A stretch of DNA of 34,584 nucleotides from Octopus bimaculoides (taxonomy: Eukaryota): contig NC_068982.1 of assembly GCF_001194135.2 (NCBI RefSeq), positions 45,588,904 through 45,623,487 on the forward strand, read 5' to 3'. The position numbers and the translations under genes are program-made. Below, piece by piece: positions 1 to 10,132 of this stretch; within the stretch, counting starts at the first letter, position 1; each line of letters opens with the position of its first letter. The notes under the pieces were generated by a model. That model was not told the DNA's origin and ran no database searches. It worked only from the letters and a program-made list of their open reading frames with translations.

Positions 1-27
1 TAAACAATTATTTTTACAAGGAAGATG

Positions 28-71
<44 letters not shown>

Positions 72-339
72 TGTATGCATAACATTTTGGCTTTGTGTGT
101 GTGTATATTTGCTCCATTGGTTGTGAGATAAAATTACGGTTGAACACTTAGCGCTCTAGGAATCCATTAAGTGTCTTAATCCAACAGAGATTAACGTAAT
201 CTGCATGTCTACTTACTCTAGCAACTGACTGGTGGAAGAACGTGGGAGTTGGGGCCAGACTGTGAAACACGAGTGAAAGTCAAATAAAGCAAAACAAACA
301 ACAACGAATACACAAGCTATGTACTTATAATTATACATA

Positions 340-554
340 GATACATAAGATACAAACATACATACTTACATACGTACACACATTCATACATACATACATA
401 CATACATACATACATACAAGCATGCATGCATGCATACATTCATACATACAAGCATGCATACATTCATACATGCATTCATACATTCATATATAGATTCATG
501 CATGCATGCATACATAAATTCATTCATATATAGATACATATATGCATACATACA

Positions 555-585
<31 letters not shown>

Positions 586-910
586 GTATGTATATGCTTG
601 TATACATACATACATACATACATGCATACAAATATGCATACATAGATACACATGTATGTACATGCTTGCATAGATACATACATGCATAAATACTAACATA
701 CATACATACATACATACACACATACATACATATATACATACATACGTATATGCGTGCATAAAAACATACATACATATACACATACATACATGCTTGCATA
801 CATACATACATACATACAAACATACGCACATGCATATATACTTGCATAAATACATACATGCATACATACATAGATACATACATACGTACATACATTCGTA
901 TACACATATA
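340..910. repeat. Degenerate (TACA)n/(TGCA)/(TA) compound microsatellite
   Basis: About 570 bp of tacatacataca units with variants. It generates the spurious MYVC/HTYI ORFs at 384-995. Confidence 0.95.
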
Positions 911-1149
911 CATATTTAAAGTAAATTGCAAAAAGGCATCGTTTTAGTACTACGAATGGCAACAAAAATAGAAACTGTGATAAGAACGGCCACATCTACA
1001 CCGAAAACATCTCCCGGAGCAACAACTCGAAGTACATTTACTACTACGACATTAAAAAAAAGGAACACGCTGCAACCCCCCTCCAAAAAAACATTAAAAA
1101 AAAAAACGAAAAAAAAGAAAAGAAAACCTCTGACGCATCAATATTATTA

Positions 1150-1770
1150 ATATTATTAATGTTTTAAGACTTTTTACGTACTGATTTTAAATGCCAGGTG
1201 TTTTGGTTACGCATTTGTCTGTATGTCTAATGCACCTATTACAGGGATTATTTCTGTCTTCAAGCTTTTCTGGGGTATACCTATACTACATTTTTCCTGT
1301 TGTCATTCCGTAGTGCTGGTACAGCTTCCAGTTTATATAAGTCCTAACTCTGTTGTGTCTGTGCATGTATTACTTCTTTGCTAGGATTGGGCAACCAGAC
1401 AATATGATTTATTGTTTCTTTTCCACCACTACATAGTCTACATTTACTGATTGTATTTCTTTTCATTATACGCTTTTTGGAAATTTCTGGTGGGGAGACT
1501 TTGATCTTGTGCCATAATTAAAAAACCCTTCAGTCTCTGCTTTGAGACTCGAATTTCTCAACCAGTGTTGAGACTGCATTTTGTCTGTTTCTTTTCTGTT
1601 TAGCTTATCCAGTATTTGCTTTCCCTGCCATCGTTTTATCGTGGTATTTTGTAGTTCCAGATTTAGCTTAGATTTCAGAGTTGCTTTACAGCTTTTGATG
1701 TTTCTTCTTTTACTTCATAGCTGACCGGAATTATGATCTCTTCTTTGTATTTTTCAGCTTTTCAGCTTCC
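1150..1770 (-). mobile_element. R4/Dong-clade (RLE-type) non-LTR retrotransposon, dead C-terminal fragment (CCHC knuckle region)
   Basis: Manual translation across frameshifts gives HWLRNSSLKAETEGF/LIMAQDQSLPTRNFQ/RIMKRNTISKCRLCSGGKETINHIV/GCPILAKK*YMHRHNRVRTYINWKLYQHYG...TPEK, then KTEIIPVIGAL. These match the R4/Dong motifs LKxETEGxIxAAQDQ, CRxC..ETxxHIxSGC, RHD/N and IIPVIIGALG. There are several stops and frameshifts. Confidence 0.88.
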
Positions 1771-1858
<88 letters not shown>

Positions 1859-1870
1859 CATCATCATTAT
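1771..1870. repeat. (ATT)n / (TAA)n microsatellite
   Basis: About 30 perfect TAT units; source of the poly-Y ORF. Confidence 0.98.
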
Positions 1871-1872
1871 TA

Positions 1873-1943
1873 CCTTTGCACAGTTTCTAACGCTGGAGAT
1901 GTACTACAGTGTCAGCTGTTCACTACCAGTGAACTAAGGTAAC
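1873..1943 (-). mobile_element. Short insert inside the TAA array, possibly the extreme 3' end of a heavily 5'-truncated Dong-like copy
   Basis: About 70 bp of unique sequence flanked on both sides by (TAA)n. On the minus strand it ends ...agaaactgtgcaaagg followed by (TAA)n. Identity is inferred from context only. Confidence 0.4.
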
Positions 1944-1965
1944 AATTATTATTATTATTATTATT

Positions 1966-2345
1966 GTTCAGTAGTTTTATTTTTATAAAGTGCTTTCACT
2001 TCACTACCGAGCGCAGCTCTNNNNNNNNNNNNNNNNNNNNNNNNNNNNNNNNNNNNNNNNNNNNNNNNNNNNNNNNNNNNNNNNNNNNNNNNNNNNNNNN
2101 NNNNNNNNNNNNAAACGTTGTCATCTGCTGGTATTGATACATCAATTAGAAAGCATTTTTTTCTTCATGATCTTTGACAACTATATCTGGTCTATTTGCC
2201 TTAATTTGTCTATCTGTGTGTATTGGCATATCCCAGAGTATGGTTGCTTTCTCGTTTTCTGTGACCTTTTCTGACGTGTGTTTATACCATCTTTTTTCTG
2301 TTGTTATTCCATAGTGTTGGCATAGCTTCCAGTGTATATAGGTCC
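1966..2345 (-). mobile_element. 5'-truncated R4/Dong-like copy: RLE endonuclease region, with a probable 3' end across the gap
   Basis: 2345->2113 translates YIHWKLCQHYGITTEKRWYKHTSEKVTENEKATILWDMPIHTDRQIKANRPDIVVKDHEEK/CFLIDVSIPADDNV, containing the RPD...IDV PD-(D/E)xK core of restriction-like endonucleases. The 5' end abuts (TGA/TAA)n. 2020->1966 ends in (AAT)n and is probably the 3' UTR. Confidence 0.88.
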
Positions 2346-2368
2346 ATCATTATCATCATCATCATTAC

Positions 2369-2461
<93 letters not shown>
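2346..2461. repeat. (CAT)/(ATT)n microsatellite
   Basis: Direct reading; source of the poly-I and poly-N ORFs. Confidence 0.97.
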
Positions 2462-2462
2462 C

Positions 2463-2678
2463 AAGGCGGTGAGCTGGCAGTGTCGTTAGCACGCTGGACG
2501 AAATGTTTAGCGGTATTTCGCCCGTCGCTACGTTCTGAGTTCAAATTCCGCCGAGGTCGACTTCGCCTTACATCCTTTCGGGGGTTGATAAATTAAGTAC
2601 CAGTTACGTACTAGAGGTCGATGAAATCGACTAGCCCCGTCCCCCAAAATTTCAAGCCTTGTGCCTTTAGTAGAAAGG
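2463..2678 (+). mobile_element. tRNA-derived SINE, family A, full length, flanked by (ATT)n
   Basis: Head aaggcggtgagctggcag (A-box-like), B-box GAGTTCAAATTCC, central GCCTTACATCCTTTCGGGGTTGATAAATTAAGTACCAG, tail gtagaaagg-(ATT)n. At least eight similar copies occur in this window. Confidence 0.9.
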
Positions 2679-2726
2679 ATTATTATTATTATTATTATTA
2701 TTATTATCCTTATTAAGGCAGCGAGC

Positions 2727-4100
2727 TGGTATCATATCGCATGTTTTGCAATAGTCAACCCATGTCATGCTCAGGTTTGTATGTCTATTCTTGCAGTTCC
2801 TGATTAAATTATCAATTAAAAGGTGATCCTTCGTTCCCCGGCTCCTTTTTCGGCACCCTTTCTGTTCAATAGATAGCAGCCCACTTTTTTACAAGTATCT
2901 GTACAGTTCACCGGCAAAAGCCCTTGCCATTAGTTTCTACATTAGTGGAAGACATGTTTTTGGTCTAAAGTTGGATGCAACATTTCCCTTTTCAGGATTC
3001 TTGGCACACAACAATGTTTTTCCCTTTGTCATCCAGCTGGGTATTGCGCCTTCCTGCAAGCACTCATCCGATTCTGGGATCTTCCAAATTGGCAATTTTC
3101 TTAATTGCCTTTTTATCATTTATGTAGTTATCTTTATGTCTTCCTGGACGTCTATATTTCTTAACCTATCTTGGATTTCATGCAGCCACTCTACTTCATC
3201 ATCATGTCCTACAGGTTGTCCCAGATTCCTCTTCAGAATGCCCTGCCCTTCTCTGCATCTGGTATCATTATTACGTGTATTTGCCGATCTAGTTGCTGAA
3301 ACAGACTCTTCTGATTTGCTTCAAACAATCTGTCTTGCCTGAAGTGTCTTTTTCTATTGTCATGTCTTTCCAGTCTTGCTTTGATTGCTACTACCCTTTG
3401 TTTCAATTCTTCCAATATCACATAATAACCTTTATCTCTTATTCTATATGTTCTTTCCAGCATTATTCATATGCTTTCGTTCTGCAATTCCCCTCTTCTC
3501 AATTTATCAACTTGTCCTAAATGTCTTTTCAACTTTGTTTGTTTCTCACAAATTCGTCTACACCAATATGGATCTTTACTTTATGTTTGTTCTCTTCTTT
3601 TGTATCCAACTCTATCTGCAGCAACCATAGCTGCAGCCCAAATAATCTTGTTGGTTTCAGTTATATTTCTCGTCTGGAATAGCCCAAGAATCAAATCTAT
3701 CTTTTCGGTTTCAACCTTGAGCTTGCGTCGGTCAATGGTGGGTGCTTGATCCTGGTCTTTTCTAATATATCGGCACAACATCCTCACTATGTCTTATTGG
3801 TCATCATCGTATTCTTGTGATATAGCTCTTCCTATTACTCCTGCTTCATTTGTTAAGAATGCGTTTACATTTACACTTTGCTCTACTTCTTCACTGCTGC
3901 CTTTCATTTTTCTGTTCTCAATGGGCACGTCATCTGTTGGTGAAGTATTATTTCTATCTTCTACTTTTCTTTTTATTTCTTCTATTTCCATGTATGGTAA
4001 CCACCCCTTAGCCCTTATTGCTTTCATTCGTTGTCAGAATCCCCTTCTGCTGGGTTCACTCCTGATCTAGCATTCAATTACCGTTCGGTTTGCCTCCCCC
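2727..4100 (-). mobile_element. R4/Dong-clade non-LTR retrotransposon, dead N-terminal half through RT motif A
   Basis: Translated pieces: NRTVIEC*IRSEPSRRGF*QRMKAIRAKGWLPYMEIEEIKRKV; TIDRRKLKVETEKIDLILGLFQTRNITETNKIIWAAAMV; LERTYRIRDKGYYVILEELKQRVVAIKARLERHDNRKRHFRQDRLFEANQKSLFQQL; LRKLPIWKIP...IPSWMTKGKTLLCAKNPEKGNVASNFRPKTCLPLM; [47 protein letters not shown]. These are characteristic R4/Dong N-terminal and RT domain 0-3 motifs, with many stops and frameshifts. Confidence 0.92.
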
Positions 4101-4526
4101 CTCCTCCCCCTCCCCNNNNNNNNNNNNNNNNNNNNNNNNNNNNNNNNNNNNNNNNNNNNNNNNNNNNNNNNNNNNNNNNNNNNNNNNNNNNNNNNNNNNN
4201 NNNNNNNNNNNNNNNNNNNNNNNNNNNNNNNNNNNNNNNNNNNNNNNNNNNNNNNNNNNNNNNNNNNNNNNNNNNNNNNNNNNNNNNNNNNNNNNNNNNN
4301 NNNNNNNNNNNNNNNNNNNNNNNNNNNNNNNNNNNNNNNNNNNNNNNNNNNNNNNNNNNNNNNNNNNNNNNNNNNNNNNNNNNNNNNNNNNNNNNNNNNN
4401 NNNNNNNNNNNNNNNNNNNNNNNNNNNNNNNNNNNNNNNNNNNNNNNNNNNNNNNNNNNNNNNNNNNNNNNNNNNNNNNNNNNNNNNNNNNNNNNNNNNN
4501 NNNNNNNNNNNNNNNNNNNNNNNNNN

Positions 4527-4660
4527 GAGTTCAAATTCCGCCGAGGTCGACTTAGCCTTTCATCCTTTTCGTGGTTGATAAAATAAGTAACAGTTGAACA
4601 CTGGGGTTGATATAATCCCCTCTCCTAAAAATTTCTGCCCTTGTGGCAAAATTTGAAACC
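4527..4660 (+). mobile_element. SINE family A, 3' part (5' end in the gap), followed by (ATT)n at 4661-4750
   Basis: gagttcaaattccgccgaggtcgacttagcctttcatcctttt...aaaatttgaaacc, then about 30 ATT units. Confidence 0.9.
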
Positions 4661-4682
4661 ATTATTATTATTATTATTATTA

Positions 4683-4750
<68 letters not shown>

Positions 4751-5159
4751 CATCTTCATTGTTATTTCATATTTCCAGATTAGTTTATTATATCTTGTTG
4801 TTTAGAACAGATGAACAGTTCTGGAACTTAACGATTTTATCTTAAGGTTGAAGCTTTTTATAGCGTGAACAGGAAATGAAATAGTTTCTTTTCTTACTGG
4901 TGAAAGTACCGCAGTGTTTCAACAATCACACATGTCAACAACAACGATTTCATCTGCAAAATAAGGTCGTGAAGGTTTAGACACGTTGATCGATTTTGGA
5001 ACATGAAAGCAACTTTAAAGAACTTATTGGGAAACTGGGTAAAAAAACATTGTTGCAATAGATAAAACCATAACACAGAAGTTGTTGTCGATAGAACAAA
5101 TGCACACACATACATACACACAACATACGCACAAGCTCACATACGTGTGCATACATATT

Positions 5160-5177
5160 TATAGACACATGTATAAG

Positions 5178-5222
<45 letters not shown>

Positions 5223-5400
5223 GTACATATACACACACATACATACACACGTACACACACTCATACACACAGACACACGCACATATATTACCACCATTTT
5301 TTCATTTTAAACTGATACATTCACAGTGTATGCCCTTTTGACTTTTGTTGTTTTTGCTTTTATTTTTGATTTGCTCTCTCTCTCTCTCTCACACACACAC
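5160..5400. repeat. (TA)n/(CA)n/(CT)n microsatellites
   Basis: Direct reading. Confidence 0.9.
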
Positions 5401-5637
5401 CGCTATTAAGATTAGAATATAGTTTACAGAAAATTCATAACGCTTAGCCAAGGACTGAAACCTCTATGTAATACATCAGGTGCAAGCGGCTGTTTGTTAT
5501 TCTTCTTAAATAATGGCTAAATGAAGATCGCTCTGTAAACTATGGCTGAATGAAGATCGCTCTGTTATAATCTAAATTTTTTCTTACTACTCAGTATATG
5601 AGGATCATAGATTATTTTATAGTATATTTTGTTGCTT

Positions 5638-5638
5638 G

Positions 5639-5711
<73 letters not shown>

Positions 5712-5958
5712 ACACAGGGGGAGAATTTACAAAAAAAAAAACAAAAAAAAAACAACAACAAAAAAACAAAAGACGAAGACAGGTGGTGTAGAAAACAAAC
5801 ATATGTATTAGTATAACGCTCGGGAATTGAAAAAGTCTTTAACGTTTCAAGCCTACGCTCTTCCACAGAAAGGAACACAGAAAGAAACAAGGAGAGAAAT
5901 GAGGAGAGAAAAAAATGTGTGTAGTGGCGAGCGATTCATCATGGCGAATGATTGATCG

Positions 5959-6012
<54 letters not shown>
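5638..6012. repeat. (TATC)n array split by a ~245 bp insert (5711-5957)
   Basis: Perfect CTAT units at 5638-5710 and 5958-6012 with unique sequence between them. Confidence 0.9.
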
Positions 6013-6014
<2 letters not shown>

Positions 6015-6369
6015 ATGTATGTGTGTGTGTGTTTATGTATATATACTATGTGCATGCAGTTGCATACACATTGGAGGCAATGTATGAGCTAAGATCATTA
6101 AATACATAGAAATGCTAAAAGCAACTGAATCTCTATTCGGTTTAACCTATTTCTAACTCAATGTGAACTTCCATATAGCTGAACCATTTTCTAAATTCGA
6201 TTTCAAGATATTTCCTATTCGGCAACAAACGCATAAGCAGTATAATCATCGATTATACAGCTTATTCTGTTCGTTGCCGAACACCAGTATGATATTTGGT
6301 CGCCTCTTTAACATCAACGACATCATCGCAAGCAGTTACGCACTAAATCGAAGTACGCAGTTATTTACT

Positions 6370-6600
6370 CTGCACTTAGTGGTCACGCAAACGGATCTAT
6401 GACATGTAACCAAGGGCGACAACCCAACACAATCATCGTCCTATCCATCTGCTTGGCAACATCTTATTGAGACAGGCTGATACATTACTGTGGTAGTGCG
6501 GGTATGCTCCGTCTTAATGGAAATATAACTCAACATCTTCAAAGTCCTTCTGAATGCTTGTAATGACCGACTGCTTGGCAAGATGCACAACCACAAAAAG
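6370..6600 (-). pseudogene. Decayed IS630/Tc1/mariner transposase fragment
   Basis: Minus strand reads ...IQKDFEDVELYFH*DGAYPHYHSNVSACLNKMLPSRWIGR*, matching the Tc1/mariner second-Asp motif FQQDGAPPHY...LDxxLPxRWIGR. It contains in-frame stops and no TIRs were found. Confidence 0.7.
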
Positions 6601-6739
6601 ATAAGATAATTGACGTTACATCTTCTAAATTTGAGAGTTGAATCGTCTCAAGCTTAAAATATAACGCTGAAACAATATTTTATCAAGCAGCCACACAGGT
6701 TTTGTCCTGAGGGACAGATAAGCAAATTTTTCAATGGTG

Positions 6740-7205
6740 TGTGAGAGGGACGTGCGAATCATTAAACTGCTTTAAAGGAAGAATTTCAACCATGTTTCGT
6801 GGTCTGCTACCACAACAGCTCCTTTATAGGTTCCAGTTAGCTCATGACATCATCAGGGGGAACCACGTCCGGTTTCGGTCCCTACTTCTCTACCGTTTTG
6901 ACGTGGGGCCCCACCTTTCGGAGGTGTCTTCAGCTCTGGTGTTGAGTGCAAGTCTTCTTTCTTCTCTTCCCTGGCCTTTTCGATGCAGCGTCAACGAGTG
7001 TCAGCGGCCGACTGACTGTCTTGCCAAATTTCCCTTTAAATACCTGTTGCTAGGCTCCAGCAGGCAGCCCCAACAAATTGTCACGTGATACTGTCTAGAC
7101 TTTAACTGACCAATGGAGGGCGCGTAGTTTTACCCACTGCTAGGCTCCAGCAGGCAGCCCCAGCAAGTCGTCACGTGACACTGTCTAAACTTTCCAATGG
7201 AAAAA
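6740..7205 (-). mobile_element. Probable Penelope-type pseudo-LTR (or solo LTR) with a promoter cassette and hammerhead-like motifs
   Basis: GC-richer block containing a tandem ~65-70 bp repeat (7048-7117, 7138-7201), TATTTAAA (7042->7035), TCAGTC (7015->7010), and downstream CTGAAGA...GAAACCGG and CTGATGA...GAAACATG motifs. Confidence 0.5.
7010..7201 (-). promoter_or_regulatory. Candidate Pol II promoter: 2x CCAAT, 2x E-box (GTCACGTGA), TATA-like box, Inr
   Basis: CCAATG at 7110 and 7194 (plus strand), TCACGTGA at 7081 and 7171, TATTTAAA at 7042-7035 (minus). The A of an Inr-like TCAGTC lies at 7013, 29 nt downstream of the TATA start. Confidence 0.5.
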
Positions 7206-8217
7206 TTAACGCCGCAACTTGCTTGTGATATATATGTATGGTAACTAGAGAAAAATTACTCTAATAATACAATGCTGTGGTCATTTTTAGATAATGGTAA
7301 TAAATATCTTAATGGAATAACAATCTACGATTCCTGCAATGATGAAAATTTTAAATCTTAAAGAAAACAACGATTATTCAAAACAGAAAAAGGAAGATAA
7401 AACTAGCAATTATTGTTTATTGTCTTCAGATATGATTACCATGCTCGAAACTTAAAGAGACGTCAAAATACCGACGTTTACTGGCTCACAACTTCGTCTC
7501 TCTCTCTCTCCCTCTCTCTCTCCCTCTCTCTCTCCCTCTCTCTCTCNNNNNNNNNNNNNNNNNNNNNNNNNNNNNNNNNNNNNNNNNNNNNNNNNNNNNN
7601 NNNNNNNNNNNNNNNNNNNNNNNNNNNNNNNNNNNNNNNNNNNNNNNNNNNNNNNNNNNNNNNNNNNNNNNNNNNNNNNNNNNNNNNNNNNNNNNNNNNN
7701 NNNNNNNNNNNNNNNNNNNNNNNNNNNNNNNNNNNNNNNNNNNNNNNNNNNNNNNNNNNNNNNNNNNNNNNNNNNNNNNNNNNNNNNNNNNNNNNNNNNN
7801 NNNNNNNNNNNNNNNNNNNNNNNNNNNNNNNNNNNNNNNNNNNNNNNNNNNNNNNNNNNNNNNNNNNNNNNNNNNNNNNNNNNNNNNNNNNNNNNNNNNN
7901 NNNNNNNNNNNNNNNNNNNNNNNNNNNNNNNNNNNNNNNNNNNNNNNNNNNNNNNNNNNNNNNNNNNNNNNNNNNNNNNNNNNNNNNNNNNNNNNNNNNN
8001 NNNNNNNNNNNNNNNNNNNNNNNNNNNNNNNNNNNNNNNNNNGCCTTTAATACCATTCTTTGTATATTTTGCTAAACCCTGAAGAAGTAAAATAAACAAG
8101 ATTATATAATGTTTCAACAAACATTTATGTAATTTTCGCAGTTATTTGAGGAAACGCGTGTATGTTTTTCATAAAGCATTAAATACCATGCTGTCTGTTT
8201 TGTATACTATAGACGCA

Positions 8218-8322
8218 CACACACACACACGCACGCACGCACGCACGCACGCACGCACACATACACACACACACTCGCACGCACGCACGCACACATACAT
8301 ACACACACACACACATACACAC
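8218..8322. repeat. (CA)n/(CGCA)n microsatellite
   Basis: Direct reading. Confidence 0.95.
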
Positions 8323-8926
8323 GGACTCCCATGATTTCTTTATGACGAAACACACAACAATATGGAATGACCAACATTATGACCATACCTCATAGGCATA
8401 GTCGGTAGTTCATCGAAAGATGTAGTCGCACATACAACTGTAGAAACATCGCAGCTCCTGCCTCTACTATAACTTCGGTTCCACTGTAAATACGAACTTG
8501 GGAGACGTCAATTGTCGCAGGAGAACGTAACAACTCGGACGTCGTAACACAATGTCCTCCGTTTATCCGCGATTCAAATAAGACCGAGTTTTGGTTTATA
8601 CATGAGGGAAAATGAGTGCAAACGTAAAACTTGTAAATTTCGGCTTTCAGATGTAAAACTAACAGAATATTATCATTGACTGCAACAGAATATTGTAGGA
8701 AAGATATAACAGAATGCTAGGAACGATGTGACTTCTATTAGGTTGATCTCGTGACTATTTACATAGTTTTAAGCCGAAGGAGGATTATCTAAAAGTAGAT
8801 TTCAGGTAAAACAATAATCCGCTGGACGTTTGACATTTAAACGATTCGATGAGGATTATTTATATGTCTGACCGACATATTAATTCAGATTCTACTTTCG
8901 CCGTACCAGAGAGCTTGGAATAGTGA

Positions 8927-8927
<1 letters not shown>

Positions 8928-9002
<75 letters not shown>
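8928..9002. repeat. (CA)n microsatellite
   Basis: About 37 perfect units. Confidence 0.98.
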
Positions 9003-9004
<2 letters not shown>

Positions 9005-9794
9005 TACACACAGAGACAGACATAAATATGTACATGTACATTTATTAACTACAAGATTTGATAAAAGATCGAAGCAGGTGCAAGCTGAAAGGAGTACGGG
9101 AATAAAAAAACGTGTGAAAAATGGAAAAAAAGAAAATTCAAATATAAAAGTCAGCACAGCAGAGGAACTAGAAACCTCCGAGTGCTAGTTGTGAAAACCG
9201 ATAAAGATCATGTTCATCATGACCACTAAGTCGAGTAATCTCTCTCACTCGTCCTCCTCCATTTTACACGCGCATGCTCAGAACAGGCCCCTGCACGCAA
9301 ACTTTTTACGTCTCTTTTATCCACATTTCAATAAATTTACTGAAAGCAGGACTTCCGGCTCTTTCCTTCTCAAACGAAACTTGAAAAAGTTGATAAGAGA
9401 CTGGTCAAAGAGGAAAGTATTTGTCTTCATCCTTTTTAATGTTGTTCACCATGTCTTTCACCACGCAACCGCTTTCGCCAAAATCATTAGGTAGAGATCT
9501 TTACATGTGGCTCAGATGATAACTGAATCCGTCCTATCAAGAAACACTTTCGACACAATTTTACGAAGAAGTGCCCCCGTGTGTAACCTGACTGGCAAAG
9601 GGGACAGCAATTCCTTGTCTGCAGAGTTTCTGTCGAACCGGTAATAACCTCTCCCTAAGGGATTTCTGGGGATTATCTATAGACGCAGGTCCCACAGTTA
9701 ATAAATAGATCAGTAGTTTTCATCGATACTCCTAGTTACTGCCAGAATGTCCTCGATCTTGTATTATGTATGTATATATGTATATATGTATGTG

Positions 9795-9829
<35 letters not shown>

Positions 9830-10025
9830 CATACACGCGCATGACACACGTATTCAGTGGTGCGAAAACATCCTGACCTACTTAAGATACAATTGATTGT
9901 AATAAAATAATCATTTCCCTTAAAGTCTGGAAAGGTCACTTTAACTTTAATTGATCTCTGATCCCTTGTTTGTATATATATATATGTATGTGTATGTGTG
10001 TGTGTGTGTGTGTGTGTGTATTTAA

Positions 10026-10057
<32 letters not shown>

Positions 10058-10132
10058 CATAAGGTTTTAAAACTTTTAAATTTTCATATTCAAAAGAGAC
10101 AGAGACTTCAAATTCGATATATCGATTTATTC

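Noticed and set aside
384-995. ORFs rich in MYVC/HTYI (also at 5.0-5.3, 12.3-12.9, 20.8-21.9, 22.8-23.4 and 30.4-31.1 kb)
   Set aside because: These are translations of di- and tetranucleotide microsatellites, which lack stop codons in several frames.
926-1150. 74-aa Thr/Lys-rich ORF
   Set aside because: It starts at TTG, its Lys runs come from poly-A tracts, and it has no recognisable motif.
9210-9494. 94-aa plus-strand ORF
   Set aside because: It has no recognisable domain or splice context, and this length is expected by chance.
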